Below are positions 15,251-29,834 of a stretch of DNA of 64,000 bases, in pieces (the first letter of the stretch is position 1; every line of letters begins with the position of its first letter). A model generated the notes under the pieces. It ran no database searches. It was given only the letters and a program-made list of their open reading frames with translations, and was not told the DNA's origin. The translations under genes and the position numbers were made by a program. The stretch is taken from NCBI RefSeq assembly GCF_009914755.1, contig NC_060935.1, one strand, 5' to 3'. This stretch comes from the human T2T-CHM13v2.0 reference genome, Homo sapiens.

Positions 15251-15537
15251 CCTTGACTTTCATTAAGAGTGGCCTCTAACCCACTCTGTCTTAGGAGAGA
15301 CTCTAAATCCCCTAAGCTGGGCCTCTAACCCAATCTCATTCTTTACCCGGGTACCCCACCACTTACCAAAGTTGTCCAATCAGTGCTGCAGTCTATTTCC
15401 TTTGGCTCAGGGACCTCCTCAGTATTGTCCCTTTTGTGGTTCACAAGAAAGATATTACCAGGCCTCACCACTTACCCAAAGTTAGCCTTTAGGTCAGGGT
15501 TGCTGCACTGTAGTCCCTGCTGTGGTCACCAGAAATA

Positions 15538-16093
15538 TGTCATAGGAAAGGGGTCCTGATCCAGACCCCAATAGAGGGTTCTTGGATCTCGCACAAGGAA
15601 GAATTCAGGGAGAGTCCGCAGTGCAAAGTGAAGGCAAGTTTATTAAGAAAGTAAAGGAATAAAAGAATGCCTACTTCCTTAGGCAGAGCAGCCTGTAGGG
15701 CTGCTGGTTACCCATTTTTATGATTATTTTTTGTTAATTTGCTAAACAAGGGGTGGATTATTCATGCCTCCCTTTCTTAGACCACATAGGGTAACTTCCT
15801 GATGTTGCCAGGGCATTTGTAAACTGTCACAGCACTGGTGGGAGTGCGGTGGTGAGGATAACCGAAGGTCACTCTCGTCACCATTTTGGTTTTGGTGGGT
15901 TTTGGCCGGCTCCTTTACTGCAACCAGTTTTTATCAGCAAGGTCTTTATGACCTGTATCTTGTGCTGACCTCCTATCTTATCCTGTGACTTAGAATGCCT
16001 TAACTCTCTGGGAATGCAGCCCAGTAGGTTTCAGCCTTATTTTACCCAGCTCCTATTCAAGATGGAGTTGCTGTGGTTCACACGCCTCTGACA
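15538..16093 (-). mobile_element. MER41A 5' LTR, complete (~556 bp)
   Basis: Reverse strand starts TGTCAGAGGCGTGTGAACCACAGCAACTCCATCTTGAATAGG; lacks the tandem TTCCCGGAA block of MER41B. Confidence 0.88.
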
Positions 16094-16409
16094 GAAGGAA
16101 TGGGGAGCCGCACTTTCCAGGCACTGGGGAAGATGCTAGCAAAAAAAGAAGTATGTTAACTGCATGACCTGCTCAGGCCAGGACAGGTTGTCTACTGTAA
16201 GAAAAAACGTGGTGTGATAAAAAAGCAACAGACACCTTTAATAATGAGTGGTGGAGAAAACTGGGTTGAGGGAGAACTGGAAAGTCTGCCTGTCTAAAAT
16301 CGTAGCTGCAACTCAGCACCAGATGATTATGGCTGAGAATAAGAATAGTGAACTCTTTCATTTTTCCTTCCCAGAGAAGCTGGGAATATTAAATTTTAAA
16401 ATATGATTT

Positions 16410-17022
16410 TGCTAAGGTCTAAATGTTAGTGTCCCCACCAGCCAAGTTCATATGTTAAAATCCTAATTCCATAAGGTGATGTTATTAGGAGGTGGGGCCT
16501 TTGGGAAGTGATTAGGTCATGAGGGTGGAGTCTTCATGAATGGTATTAGTGCCCTCATTAAAGCAAAAAACAAAAAACCAAAAACAAACCCAGAGTTCCC
16601 TTGCCCCTTCCACCGTGTAAGGACACAGTGAGAAGGTGCTACCAATGAACAAGGATGTGGGTCCTCACCAGACACTGAAGCTTCCAGGCAGCAAGAATGA
16701 CCATGCCAAATGCAGGCCCTCCTGCCCTGGACTTCCCAGCTTCCAGAACCGTGAGAAATAAATTTCTGTGGCTGGGCGTGGTGCCTCACACCTGTAATCC
16801 CAGCACTTTGGGATGCTGAGGCAGGAGAATCACCTGTGGTCAGGAGTTCGAGACCAGCCTGGCCAACATTGTGAAACCCCATCTCTACTAACAATATAAA
16901 AATTAGCCAGGTGTGGTGGTGGGTGCCTCCATCTCAAAAAAAAAAAAAAAAAAGAAAGAAAGAAATTTCTGTTTATAAGCCGTTCTATTTATGGTATTTT
17001 TGCAGCCCAAATGTCTAAGACA
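16410..17022 (+). mobile_element. MLT1A/MLT1A0-like LTR, Alu-interrupted
   Basis: tgctaaggtctaaatgttagtgtcccc...ggaggtggggcctttggga...gtctaagaca. Confidence 0.8.
16770..16962 (+). mobile_element. AluS with most of the right monomer deleted
   Basis: Left arm and linker, then ggtgcct joined to ccatctc and A-tail; TSD aaatttctgt. Confidence 0.88.
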
Positions 17023-17073
17023 TTATCTCATCAAATTTTTTACGTTGGCTAGAAAATTTAAACTTAGTATGCT

Positions 17074-18085
<1,012 letters not shown>

Positions 18086-18195
18086 TTCTGTCCACACACA
18101 ATCTATTGGCAGGAAGTATAGGGTTGTGGGTGTGCCCTCAGTTCTCTACCATCCTCTGCTCTGGGCAGTAGACATAAGGGAGGAATGGTCAAGAC

Positions 18196-18891
18196 TGTGA
18201 GATGCCTATCCAGTATTCATTCTCTACCTCTTTCTATAAGCAGAATCCCCAAATACTCAAGATGGCAATGTCCCCAGCTAATAACTATATTTCCCAGCTT
18301 CCCTTGCAAACATGTGACTTCTTTGTGACTAAGTTCTGGCTAACGAGAGGCTGTTACCGGAAAGGCTCCTGTCTTAGTCTGTTTTGTGCTGATAACAGAA
18401 TACCACATACAGGGTAATTTATAGGGAAAAGAAATTTATTTCTTCATTTCTGGAAGCTAGGAAGTCCAAGGCTGAAGGGCCTCCATCTGACGTGGTCTTT
18501 CTTACTGAGTCATCCCTTGGTGGAAGGGGAAAGGGCAAAAGAGGGCACACAAAAGCAAGAGAGAGCAAGAGGTGGTGGTCAAACTTGCTTTTCTCATGAA
18601 TTCACTCACTCAATAATGGCATTAATCTATTCATAAAGGCAGAACTCTCACGGCCTAATTACCTTTTTTCAGTCCCACCCCTTAATAAGATCACAATGAC
18701 GATTAAATTTCAACATGAGGTTTTTTTGGGGGAAGGGGCGGGGTGGACATTCACACCATAGCAGCTACCAAAGGGAACAGGCAGCTGGCATTTTTTTTCT
18801 CATTCCTCCACCTTTTTTCTTCAAACATTGAACTGATGGCTAGAGCTTCAGCAGCCATATTGGGCCAAGAGGCAGCCTTGAGTATGGAAGC
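18196..18891. mobile_element. LTR33-like ERVL LTR split by an MST LTR
   Basis: ctatatttcccagcttcccttgca..gtgactaagttctggc and gatggctagagcttcagcagccatattg motifs. Confidence 0.55.
18370..18763 (-). mobile_element. MST-family MaLR LTR (MSTC/D-like)
   Basis: tgtcttagtctgttttgtgctg..acagaataccac...acattcacaccatagca. Confidence 0.78.
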
Positions 18892-19301
18892 TGCATTAGT
18901 CAGCTCAGGCTGCAATTACAAAATACCACAGACTGGGTAGCTCAAACCATAGGAATCTATTTTCTTATAGTCCTGGAGGCTGGAGATGGATACAAGAGCA
19001 AGGTGCTGGCAGGGCTGGTTTCTTCTGCAGCCTCTGTCCTTGGCTTGCAGCTGCCCCCCTCTCACTGCATCCTCACATGGTCTTTCCGCTGTGTGCACCC
19101 CTGGCATCTCTTTTGTGTCCAAATATCCCCCTTCTTATAAGAACACCTGTCAGATTGGACTAGGGCCTACTCTAAAGGCCTCATTTTAACTTAATCACCC
19201 ATTTAAAGGCACTATCTCCAAATGCCATCACATTCTGAGGGATGGTGGTGGGGATTAGGGTTTTAACATGAATTTAGGGGAGACACAATTCAGTCCGTAA
19301 T
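18892..19301 (-). mobile_element. MLT1B-like LTR
   Basis: tgcattagtcagctcaggctgc...ggagacacaattcagtccgtaata. Confidence 0.78.
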
Positions 19302-19384
19302 ACGAGAAGATCAAGAACTTTTATTTATTTATTTTTTCTGAAAGGAAGTTGAGAACTGTGTGCAGGGGGTTCCATCACAATTCA

Positions 19385-19600
19385 GGAGCCCTGGGTTCTC
19401 TGTTCTAAGCTATTGTGTGGCCTTCCAGTGAGACTTAGAGATAATCAAGTAAACCTCTCAGATTTATTTATTTTTGTTTATCTGTAAAATGGAAGTAATA
19501 ACACCTGGCTTACTTATCTTACAGCATTTGGTGAAGATCAAATAAAATAATGAACGTGAAAATGTTTTGAAAAACATGAATTACCTATATAAATGTTCCT
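19385..19600 (+). mobile_element. MIR
   Basis: Core atctgtaaaatgga..taataa..cct...gtgaagatcaaata. Confidence 0.65.
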
Positions 19601-19829
19601 AAAGTCATTTGTTTACCTTCTTTGCCCTGCGTATCACATGTGTTGTGATTTTTCTGAAACTTGGGTTGTCTTAAACAGTTATTTAAAACCTTTTAAATTA
19701 AAATCATAAATAAAAGCGCAACATAAAAATAGGAAAACAACATAACATTATTAAATATTAGCTAATTATTGTTAAGTGCTAAAACTTGCTCTCTCTGTTA
19801 AAAAGGAGACACGATTAGGGAAGGTTTAA

Positions 19830-20243
<414 letters not shown>

Positions 20244-20261
20244 AAAATGTTATTTAATATC

Positions 20262-20579
20262 ATGGCTCCCATCATCTCCATGTGTTATGGGAGGGACCAA
20301 GTGAGAGGTAATTGAATTACGAGGGTGGGTTTTCCCGTACTGTTCTTATGGTAGTGAATAAGTCTCAACAAGATCTGATGGTTTTATAAAGGGTAGTTTC
20401 CCTGCTAATGCTCTCTTGCCTGCCATCACATAAGATGTGCCTTCACTCCTCCTTCGTCTTTCTCCATGGCTGTGAGGCTTCCCTAGCCATGTGGAACAGT
20501 GAGTCTATGAAATCTTTTTCTTTATAAATTATCCAGTTTTGGGTATTTCTTCATAGCAGTATGAAAATGGACTAATACA
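20262..20579 (+). mobile_element. THE1 LTR (5'-truncated)
   Basis: gaggtaattgaat...gaataagtctc..agatctgatggttttataaa...aatggactaataca. Confidence 0.85.
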
Positions 20580-20904
20580 CTATGTAATATGGTCTCACCC
20601 TCAAAAAACGTTGATGCATAAGAATATGTGATCCTGTGGAGCAGTTTCCCCAGGAAAGCAAGGAAACCAACAGTTTGTGAACAGTTGTTTGTGCCAGACT
20701 CTGTGGGAGCCCCTATCCTCCCTCATGGAGGCCTAATAATAACCAGTTGAGATGGGTGTTACTGTCTACTTTTCACCTGGGAAAATGGGGGGTCAGGATC
20801 TAGGTGACTGACCCAACATCACACAGAGGCCAAGAGAAGGAGTCACTCAGAGGCAAGGTGAACTGAGGTGTGGGTGCAGAGGCTCCAAACCCCATGGTCC
20901 CTGA

Positions 20905-21243
20905 TGTTGGGATTTGATCAGGCTGGTGGGAAAAATATTAGTTATGATAGCCACAAAACCCTTTTGGAAGGCCTGAGGGTTTTCATATGACCTCGGTAAT
21001 AGACCGGGCTGAAGGCGGCCTGGTCCCATTACCTTTAGTTAAATAAATTAGAGTAGTAAACGATGGGATGTGGGGAAGTTATCTAGTTAACTTGTTTACG
21101 CTTGTGATCTTAAGCCTTAAGCCTTTGATGTATACTTTTTATTCGGAAAGTCCACAATGTCAATTACCCTCTAATGGTGTTGACTCAAGCTTTTGTTAAC
21201 TAATTTTAATGAATAAATGCAAGCCTCCCGAGCTGATCGAGGC
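20905..21243 (+). mobile_element. LTR22-like (HERV-K HML-5) LTR, 3'-truncated
   Basis: tgttgggatttgatcaggctggtgggaaaaatattagtta...ggaaggcctgaggg; aataaa near 21212; homology stops after gctgatcgaggc. Confidence 0.7.
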
Positions 21244-21374
21244 AACCTCCCATACAGTGACAAACCTCCCACACCACTTTATAATGCTGTGATCCAGGTT
21301 CTCCTTATGATATCTGGAATTTAAGGAATGCTGCCATTGTTCTTTTTTGAGATGTAGTCATCAGAAAAAGTCAG

Positions 21375-21590
21375 TACCGTGCATTGGTTGAGAATATAGT
21401 CTCTGGAACCAGACTGCCTCTTATCAGCTGTGTGATTTTGGGCAAGTTACTCAGCTTCTCTGTGCCCCAGATTCCTAAGGGATAATAATAGTGCCCATTT
21501 CATACACTTGTGAAGATTAAATGGGTTGATAATGTGTCAAGTGTTTAAACTAGTGCTGGCACATACTTTGCTCTATCTAAGGGTTAATAT
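21375..21590 (+). mobile_element. MIR
   Basis: ctctggaaccagactgcct..gctgtgtgattttgggcaagttac...gtgctggcacata. Confidence 0.7.
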
Positions 21591-21658
21591 TATCCATACT
21601 TTATATTGTGGCTACCATGTTACAGCTTGGGATAGGATGCTCAATGTTCCACACTTGA

Positions 21659-22590
21659 TTATGAAGACAGCTTGCACAGGCATCTCCTCTTCAAAGCATA
21701 TTTTACATCTTTATTCCTCAGGCTGTAGATCAGAGGGTTCAGCCTGCGGATGACCACAGTGTAGAAGACAGACATGACCTTGTTGTGTTCCATGGAATTG
21801 TGAGAGCTTGGCTGAGCATACATGAAGGTGATGGTGCTATAGAAGAGGCAGATGATGGTGAGGTGGGAGGCACAGGTGGAGAGAGCTTTGCTCTGGGCTT
21901 GCAGGGAGCGCATCCTGCAAATGGTCACGAGGATGTAGGCATAGGAGACTGGGATAATGGTGATGGTAAAGAGGATGAGCAAGGCACACAATGAGAAGAT
22001 AATGGTCTCAACCTCGTAGTATCTGCACCGGCAAGTTGGAGCACAGGGGGGATGTCACAGAAATAGTGGTTAATGACATTGGGGCCACAGTAGGGCAGCT
22101 TAAAGATGCACCCAGTCAGCAAAGCTGAATTGGCAACAGAAACAGTATAGCAGGTCACCACCAGCAGGGCACACAGACATTGGGATATAATAGTGTGATA
22201 GAGGAGAGGGTGGCAGATGGCGGTGAATCGGTCATAGGCCATGATGGCCAGGAGCAGACACTCAGCAGTACCATGGAGGATCATGAGGGCCATCTGGACC
22301 ATACAGCCTGCAAAGGAGATGGATTGGCTTGAGATGAGGAAGCTCTCCAGCAGCCTGGGGGTGTCCACTGTGGAAAACGAGGAGTCTATGAAGGATAGGA
22401 CGCTCAGGAAGAAATACATGGGGGTGTGGAGCTGTGGGTCTGCATGGATCAGAGTGATCATTCCCAGGTTGCCCATAACAGTGACTGAATGCATGAGCAG
22501 GAAGAGCACAAAGAGGATGCCTCTGAGCTCCTCCTGCTCTGTAAGTCCCAGCAGGCGGAACCAGGTGACTTGGGTGTGGTTCTCCACCAT
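21659..22590 (-). pseudogene. OR5AZ1P: Olfactory receptor pseudogene (class II, family 5-like), single 1-nt frameshift
   Basis: Motifs NHT, GN, LHTPMYFFL, MAYDRFTAICHPLLY, HYFCD, KALSTCASHL, LNPLIYSLRNKDVK. ORFs 21925-22599 and 21659-21991 join by restoring one base at 22016-22020 (GAT ACT -AC GAG), giving 310 aa. Symbol is tentative: recalled from the ~28-kb spaced pair on 11q12.1, not verified. Confidence refers to the OR-pseudogene call. Confidence 0.93.
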
Positions 22591-22603
22591 GGTGTGCATG
22601 TCA

Positions 22604-22630
22604 CTGCAGAGAGACCAAATAAGACACGTG
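22604..22630 (-). promoter_or_regulatory. Splice acceptor for the OR coding exon
   Basis: Minus strand tcttatttggtctctctgcAG|tgacatgcacaccATGG: polypyrimidine tract, CAG, and a strong Kozak ATG 13 nt downstream, as is typical of ORs with 5' non-coding exons. Confidence 0.65.
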
Positions 22631-22819
22631 TGTACCCTAGAGTTAGGGTCAGTGCCCAGAGATTTTTAAATATCCCCAGGATAGACAGTGTTAGGGAAAG
22701 AGGGAGAGGAACTGGTAAGAATTGAACACCTGCTATGAGCCACGTGCTAACTCATTTTTAAAGCAGCTATTGAAACTTCATACATACCTTCTGTTTAAAT
22801 ATTATATCCATTTATATTT

Positions 22820-22861
22820 AATGAGATGATCAACTTACCAAATGAGATGATCAACTTATCA
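22820..22861. repeat. 21-bp tandem duplication
   Basis: aatgagatgatcaacttacca / aatgagatgatcaacttatca. Confidence 0.9.
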
Positions 22862-22905
22862 AAGGTCACAAAGCTAGTACATAAGGAAAGTAGAATTAGA
22901 ACTCA

Positions 22906-23223
<318 letters not shown>

Positions 23224-23484
23224 CTCAGCCTGTTCTAGGAATTGTATCCTTATTATGTAGTTAGAATCATTTTCTGTTCCCAAATTTCCTGTTCTACAGG
23301 GAACCAGCATCTGCAGCAGGTATTGGAGGCCTGGTCTGTTGCCCCAGAGAGGGAATAATTAAAAGGATCAGTGTGGGTCATGTTTGGAAGCAAATACTCC
23401 AATAGTGCTTGTCCCCTAGGCCTGGGACACAGGAAATCAGATGCCTCCAGTCATTAGAATGCGCAGTGCAGTAATTTCTCCCAG

Positions 23485-24241
<757 letters not shown>

Positions 24242-27200
24242 CTCAGTTACGGATGCTTCTGCTTGGTGAGTATGTGGCGCTTTGAGAGAGACCTCTTGGG
24301 TAATTGTCAGAAGATGGGGCTTAACTGATCTCTGTCAATTGACTGAACTAATAATCCACAAAAAGAAAATGAAATAAATGAAAACGGATGGATGTTTCAA
24401 GATGGGTGACTAGAGGCATTTTTGTATTTACCTCCTCCACTACGAAGAACCAAAACAGTGAGCAGATAATCACACTTTGATTAGATCATCCAGGAGAGAA
24501 CACTGGAATTCAACAGAAAAGTGATAGGAAATACCTCAAGCAAAGAAGGAATCCTGAGATCCCTGTTTGGTAAGATTGGCTGGGAGCTGAGAGAGGTTCC
24601 CACTACAGGAAAAGGGTAAATGAGAGACCCTAGTAGTCCACATTCCCACTGAGGACTCCTGAAATCCTAGCTGCGGGAAAGCCCTTGACCCTCACAAGGC
24701 CCTGAAACTAACATAGGGAGCTGCTGGGGAGATTGTGTGATGGCAGTACCTAAGGGAGGGAGCTTGCACTGGGTCCCACACACTTTCTGAAACCTAAGCA
24801 GCTCCAGCAAGTTGCCATTTTAGAGCACTGCCCCCAATAGATTGCACACTGTCCTGGAGTCCAGGGGCCTGAGGTGGCCCTGGAGGCTTAGGAGAGAAAG
24901 CTACCCACACCCGGGGCTGAAGTGCAACCAAAGCGTTGAGTACCGCTGTTGGGGCTGAGGAATGAGCAAGGTACCATTTACTGCAGCAGGGATTGAGGTG
25001 CAAGTGGCACATGTGTTCCCCACCTGCCAGCCTAGGCTGCCCACCACTGAAGGCAGCATTCCCACTCCAGTGGCAGAGCAGCAGTGTGGCCGCTGCCCAC
25101 TTGAGCATTCTGCCAGTGGCCTAAAGATTGCCCTGCTCCTTCCTACCACAACTTTGCCTGCATTCACCACTGGGGGCTTAAGGACAAGTCTGTCTGGCCT
25201 GGCTTAGCCTCTACCTCTTGTGCCAGAGCACACAATCTGGGGGCCAGTAAATTGCCCAGCCTAGGCTACCACCACTGGCACCTGAACTCTCCTGAGGGCC
25301 GGAGTTTGGGCCTAACCACTCAGCTGCTATCACCATAGCTGGCACGCATCACCTGAAGGCCTGGGGACTGGCCTATGCAGCCTATTGCAGCCACCACCAA
25401 CACCAGTACAGACCACTTGGGACCAGAGGGTTGTCTTGCCACTGCAGTTGTCATTACGCATGTCACAATGGCTGCCCAGGGGCCCAAGAACCCGTCCACT
25501 TGCCCAGCCTGCTGCTGCTACTACCCCAGACCACTGCTGCTACTACCCCAATAAGTCAGCTGGGTGCCCAAGGATTGGCCCTCTTGGACCCACTGACATT
25601 GGAGACAGCATACGCTGTCCTGCGGCCCAAGGACAGACATGCTCAGCCCACTGCTGCCACCACTGGGGCCCAAACTCTGACCTACCTTGTGTGCCAGTCA
25701 TATACTGTCATGCAGCCCAAGGACAGACATACTCAGCACACTGCCGCCACCACTGGAACCCAAACTCTGATCTACTTGACAGTCCCACTCTCCATCACAG
25801 CCTCAACTAATAACTGTAACCTATGCCACCAAGGAAATCACAGATACTACTGATGCTGTTTATAGCCAAATAAACAATATAGAGACTATACGAGGATGCT
25901 TCAACATATGCAAATCAATCAATGTGATACATCATATCAACAGAATGAAGGACAAAAATCATAGGATCATTTCAATTGATGCTGAAAAAGCATTTGATAA
26001 AATTCAACATCCCTTCATAATAAAAACTCTAAAGAAACTTGATATAGAAGAAACATACCTCAACCTAATAAAAGACATATGAGACAGACACATAGCTAGC
26101 GTCATACTGAATATGGAAAAACTGAAAGCCTTTCCCCTAAGATCTGGAACACCACAAAGATGCCCACTTTCACCACTGTTATTCAACATAGTATTTTAAG
26201 TCTTAGCTAGAGCAATCAGAGAAGAGAAAGAAATAAAAGGGCATCCAAATTGGAAAGGAAGAAGTCAAATTATCCCTGTATGCAGATGATATGATCTTAT
26301 ATTTGGAAAAACCTAAAGACTCCACCAAAAACCTATTATAATGGATAATCAAATTCAGTAGAGTTGCAGAATACAAATCAACATGTAAAAATCAGTAGAA
26401 TTTCTATATTCTAACAGCAAACAATCTGAAAAAGAAATCAAGAAAGTAATCCCATTTATAGTAGCTACAAATGAAATTAAATATCTAGGAATTAATCAAA
26501 GAAGTGAAATATCTCTACAACAAAAACTATAAAACACTGGAGAAAGAAATGGAAAAGGACACAAAAAAATAGATTTCATGTTCATGCATTGGAATAACCA
26601 ATATTGTTAAAGTGTCCATACTACCCAAAGCAATCTAAAGATTCAATGCAATCCCTATCAAAATACCAATGATATTCTTCACAGAAATAGAAAAAATAAT
26701 TCTAAAATTTTTGTGGAAGCACAAAAGACCCAGAATAGCCAAAGCTATCCTGAGCAAAAAAAACAAAACTGGAGAAATCACATTACTGAACTTCAAATTA
26801 TGCTATAGAGTTATAGTAACCAAAACAGCATAGTACTGGCATAAAACCAGACACATAGACCAATGGAACAGAATAGAGAACCCAGAAATAAATCCATACA
26901 TCTAGAGTGAACTCGTTTTTAACAAAAGTGCCAAGAAGATAAATTGGGGAAAGAATAGTCTCTTCAATAAATGCTGCTGGGAAAACTGAATACTCACATG
27001 CAGAAGAATGAAACTAAGGGAGAAGTTTATAGTAATAAACACCTGCATCAAAAAAGTAAAAAAATTTCAAACAGACAATCTAATGATACATCTTAGGAAC
27101 TAGAAAAGCAAGAAAAAAAATCCAAGCCCAAAATTAGCAGACGGAAATGAATAATAAAGATTAGAGCAGAACTAAACAAAATAGAGACTAAAACAAAAAA

Positions 27201-27269
27201 CAAAAAACAAAAAAAACACCAACAACAAAATACAAAACAAATGATCAATGAAACAAAAAGTTGGTACTT

Positions 27270-27473
27270 ACACTTGGACACAGGAAGGGGAACATCACAT
27301 ACTGGGGCCTGTTGTGGGGTGGGGGGAGTGGGGAGGGGTAGCATTAGGAGACATACCTAATGTAAATGATGAGTTAATGGGTGCAGCACACCAACATGGC
27401 ACATGTATAGATATGTAACAAACCTGCACGTTGTGAACATGTACCCTAGAACTTAAAGTATAATTTAAAAAAC
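27270..27473 (+). mobile_element. L1PA 3'-end (~200 bp, 5'-truncated)
   Basis: G-rich 3'UTR and gtaccctagaacttaaagtataat; 16-bp TSD caaaaagttggtactt (27254-27269, 27474-27489). Confidence 0.92.
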
Positions 27474-27786
27474 CAAAAAGTTGGTACTTGGAGCAGATAA
27501 ACAAAATTGATAAACTGCTAGCTAGATTAACTAAGAAAAGAAGAGGGAGGACCTACATAAACAAAATCAGAAATGAAAAAGGAAACATTACAACTGATAC
27601 CACAGAAATACAAAACATCACCAGAGACTATTATGAGTAACTATTCTCTAACCAAATAGGAAAACCTGGAGAAAATGGATAAATCCCTGGCAACATTCAA
27701 CCTATCAATATTGAATCAGGAAGAAATATAAAACCTGAACACCAATAACAAGTAATGAGGTTGAAACAGTAATGAAGAAGTTTCCT

Positions 27787-28102
27787 GGCCAGGTGCAGTG
27801 GCTCATGCCTGTAATCCCAGCATTTTGGAAGGCTGAGACAGGAGGATCATCTGAGACCAGGAGTATGAGACCAGCCTGGGAAACAGAGTGAAACTTTGTC
27901 TCCACAAAAAAAAATCAAAAAAATTAGCCAAGCATAGTGATATACACCTGTAGTCCCTGCTACTTGGGAGGCTGAGGTGGGAAGATTGCTTGAGCTCAGG
28001 AGGTTGAGGTTGCAGTTAGCCATGAAGGCATGACTGAACTCCAGCCTGGGCAACAGAGGGAGACCCTGTCTCAAAAACAAACAAACTGACAAATAGACAA
28101 AC
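27787..28102 (+). mobile_element. AluJ
   Basis: Dimer, J diagnostics; TSD agaagtttcc. Confidence 0.92.
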
Positions 28103-28259
28103 AGAAGTTTCCCAACAAAGAAAAGCTGAGGCTGGATAAAAGATAATATGCCATTTACAAGTAGGATTTATACCAGGGAAACAGTGATGTGGTTTAACCT
28201 ATACAAATCAATAAATGTGATATATCACACGAACAGAATGAAGGACAAAAACCATATGA

Positions 28260-28587
<328 letters not shown>

Positions 28588-28639
28588 GAAAAAGCATTAA
28601 TTTAAAAAAAATTTTTATTATAAAAATATTAAAAGAAAA

Positions 28640-28758
28640 TAGAGATGGGGGTCTTTCTATGTTGCCCAGGCTGGCCTTGAACTCCTAGCCTCAAGCAGTC
28701 CTCTTGCCTCAGCCTCTCAAAGGCCTGGGATTACAGGCATGAGCCACTGTGCCTGGCC
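28640..28758 (-). mobile_element. FLAM/AluJ left monomer
   Basis: Single reverse Alu monomer. Confidence 0.85.
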
Positions 28759-29236
28759 AGAACAAACATTTGATAAAGTTCAATGTCCCTTCAAGATAAA
28801 AACTTTCAACAAACTAGGCATAGAGGAAAATAATAAAGGCTATATATGACAAACCCACAGCTAACATCATACAGAATGGGGAAAAGTTGAAAGCCCTTCC
28901 TCTAAGAACTAACAAGAAAGGATGCTCACATTCACCACTCTATTCAACATAGGACTAGAAGTCCTATTCAGAGCAATCAGGTAAAAACAAACAAACAAAT
29001 CCAAATTGGAAAGGAGGAAGTCAAAATGTCCCTCTTTGCGGATTACATTTCTTATATTTAGAAAAAGCAAAAGACTCCACCACAAAACTCCTAGAGGTGA
29101 TAAGCACATTTAGTAAAATTGCAGGATACAAAGTCAACATACAAAAATCAGTAGTGTTTCTATACTCCAACAATGAAATAGCTGAAAAGGAAATCAAGAA
29201 GGCAGTCCCATTTATAATAGTACAAAAGATGAAATA

Positions 29237-29491
29237 AGCCAGATGTGGTGGCTCATGACTGTAATCCTAGTACTTTGGGAGGTTGAGGCAGGAGGATTGC
29301 TTGAAGTTGGGAGTTCAAGACCGGCCTTGGCAATAGCAAGAGCCCATCTTTACAAAAAATAAAAAAAATTAGCTGGATGTGGTGGCGTGCACCTATAGTC
29401 TCAGCTACTTGGGAGGCTGAGGTGGGAGGATTGCTTGAGCCCAGTAGTTTGAGATTGCGGTGAACTATGATTGTGCCACTGCATTGCAGCC
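29237..29491 (+). mobile_element. AluJ lacking 3' end and A-tail
   Basis: Dimer ends at gcattgcagcc and resumes directly in L1 ORF2 (aaaatacctagg). Confidence 0.85.
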
Positions 29492-29834
29492 AAAATACCT
29501 AGGAATCAGTTTAACCAAGGAGGTAAAGATCTCTACAAGAAAAACTACAAAACACTGGGGGGAAGAAATTGAAGACGACGCAAGAAAATGGAAAGCCATC
29601 CATGCTCATGGACTGGAAGAATTAATGTAGTTAAAATGAATATATTGACCAAAGCAATATACAAATTTAATGCAATCTCTATAAAAATACCAATGTCGTT
29701 TTTCACAGAGATAGAAAATACAATCCTAAAATTGACACAGAACTAAAAAGGAGCCAAAATAGCCAAAGCAATTCTTAGCACAAAGTACAAAGCTAGAGGC
29801 ATCACACTACTTGATTCAAATTATATATAAAAGA

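Noticed and set aside
15538-16093. MER41 as an interferon-gamma/STAT1 enhancer
   Set aside because: Both LTR copies read ttcatgcctccc and lack the tandem GAS block characteristic of MER41B.
22241-22669. 142-aa plus-strand ORF
   Set aside because: Antisense shadow of the OR coding sequence; the same applies to 50265-50830.
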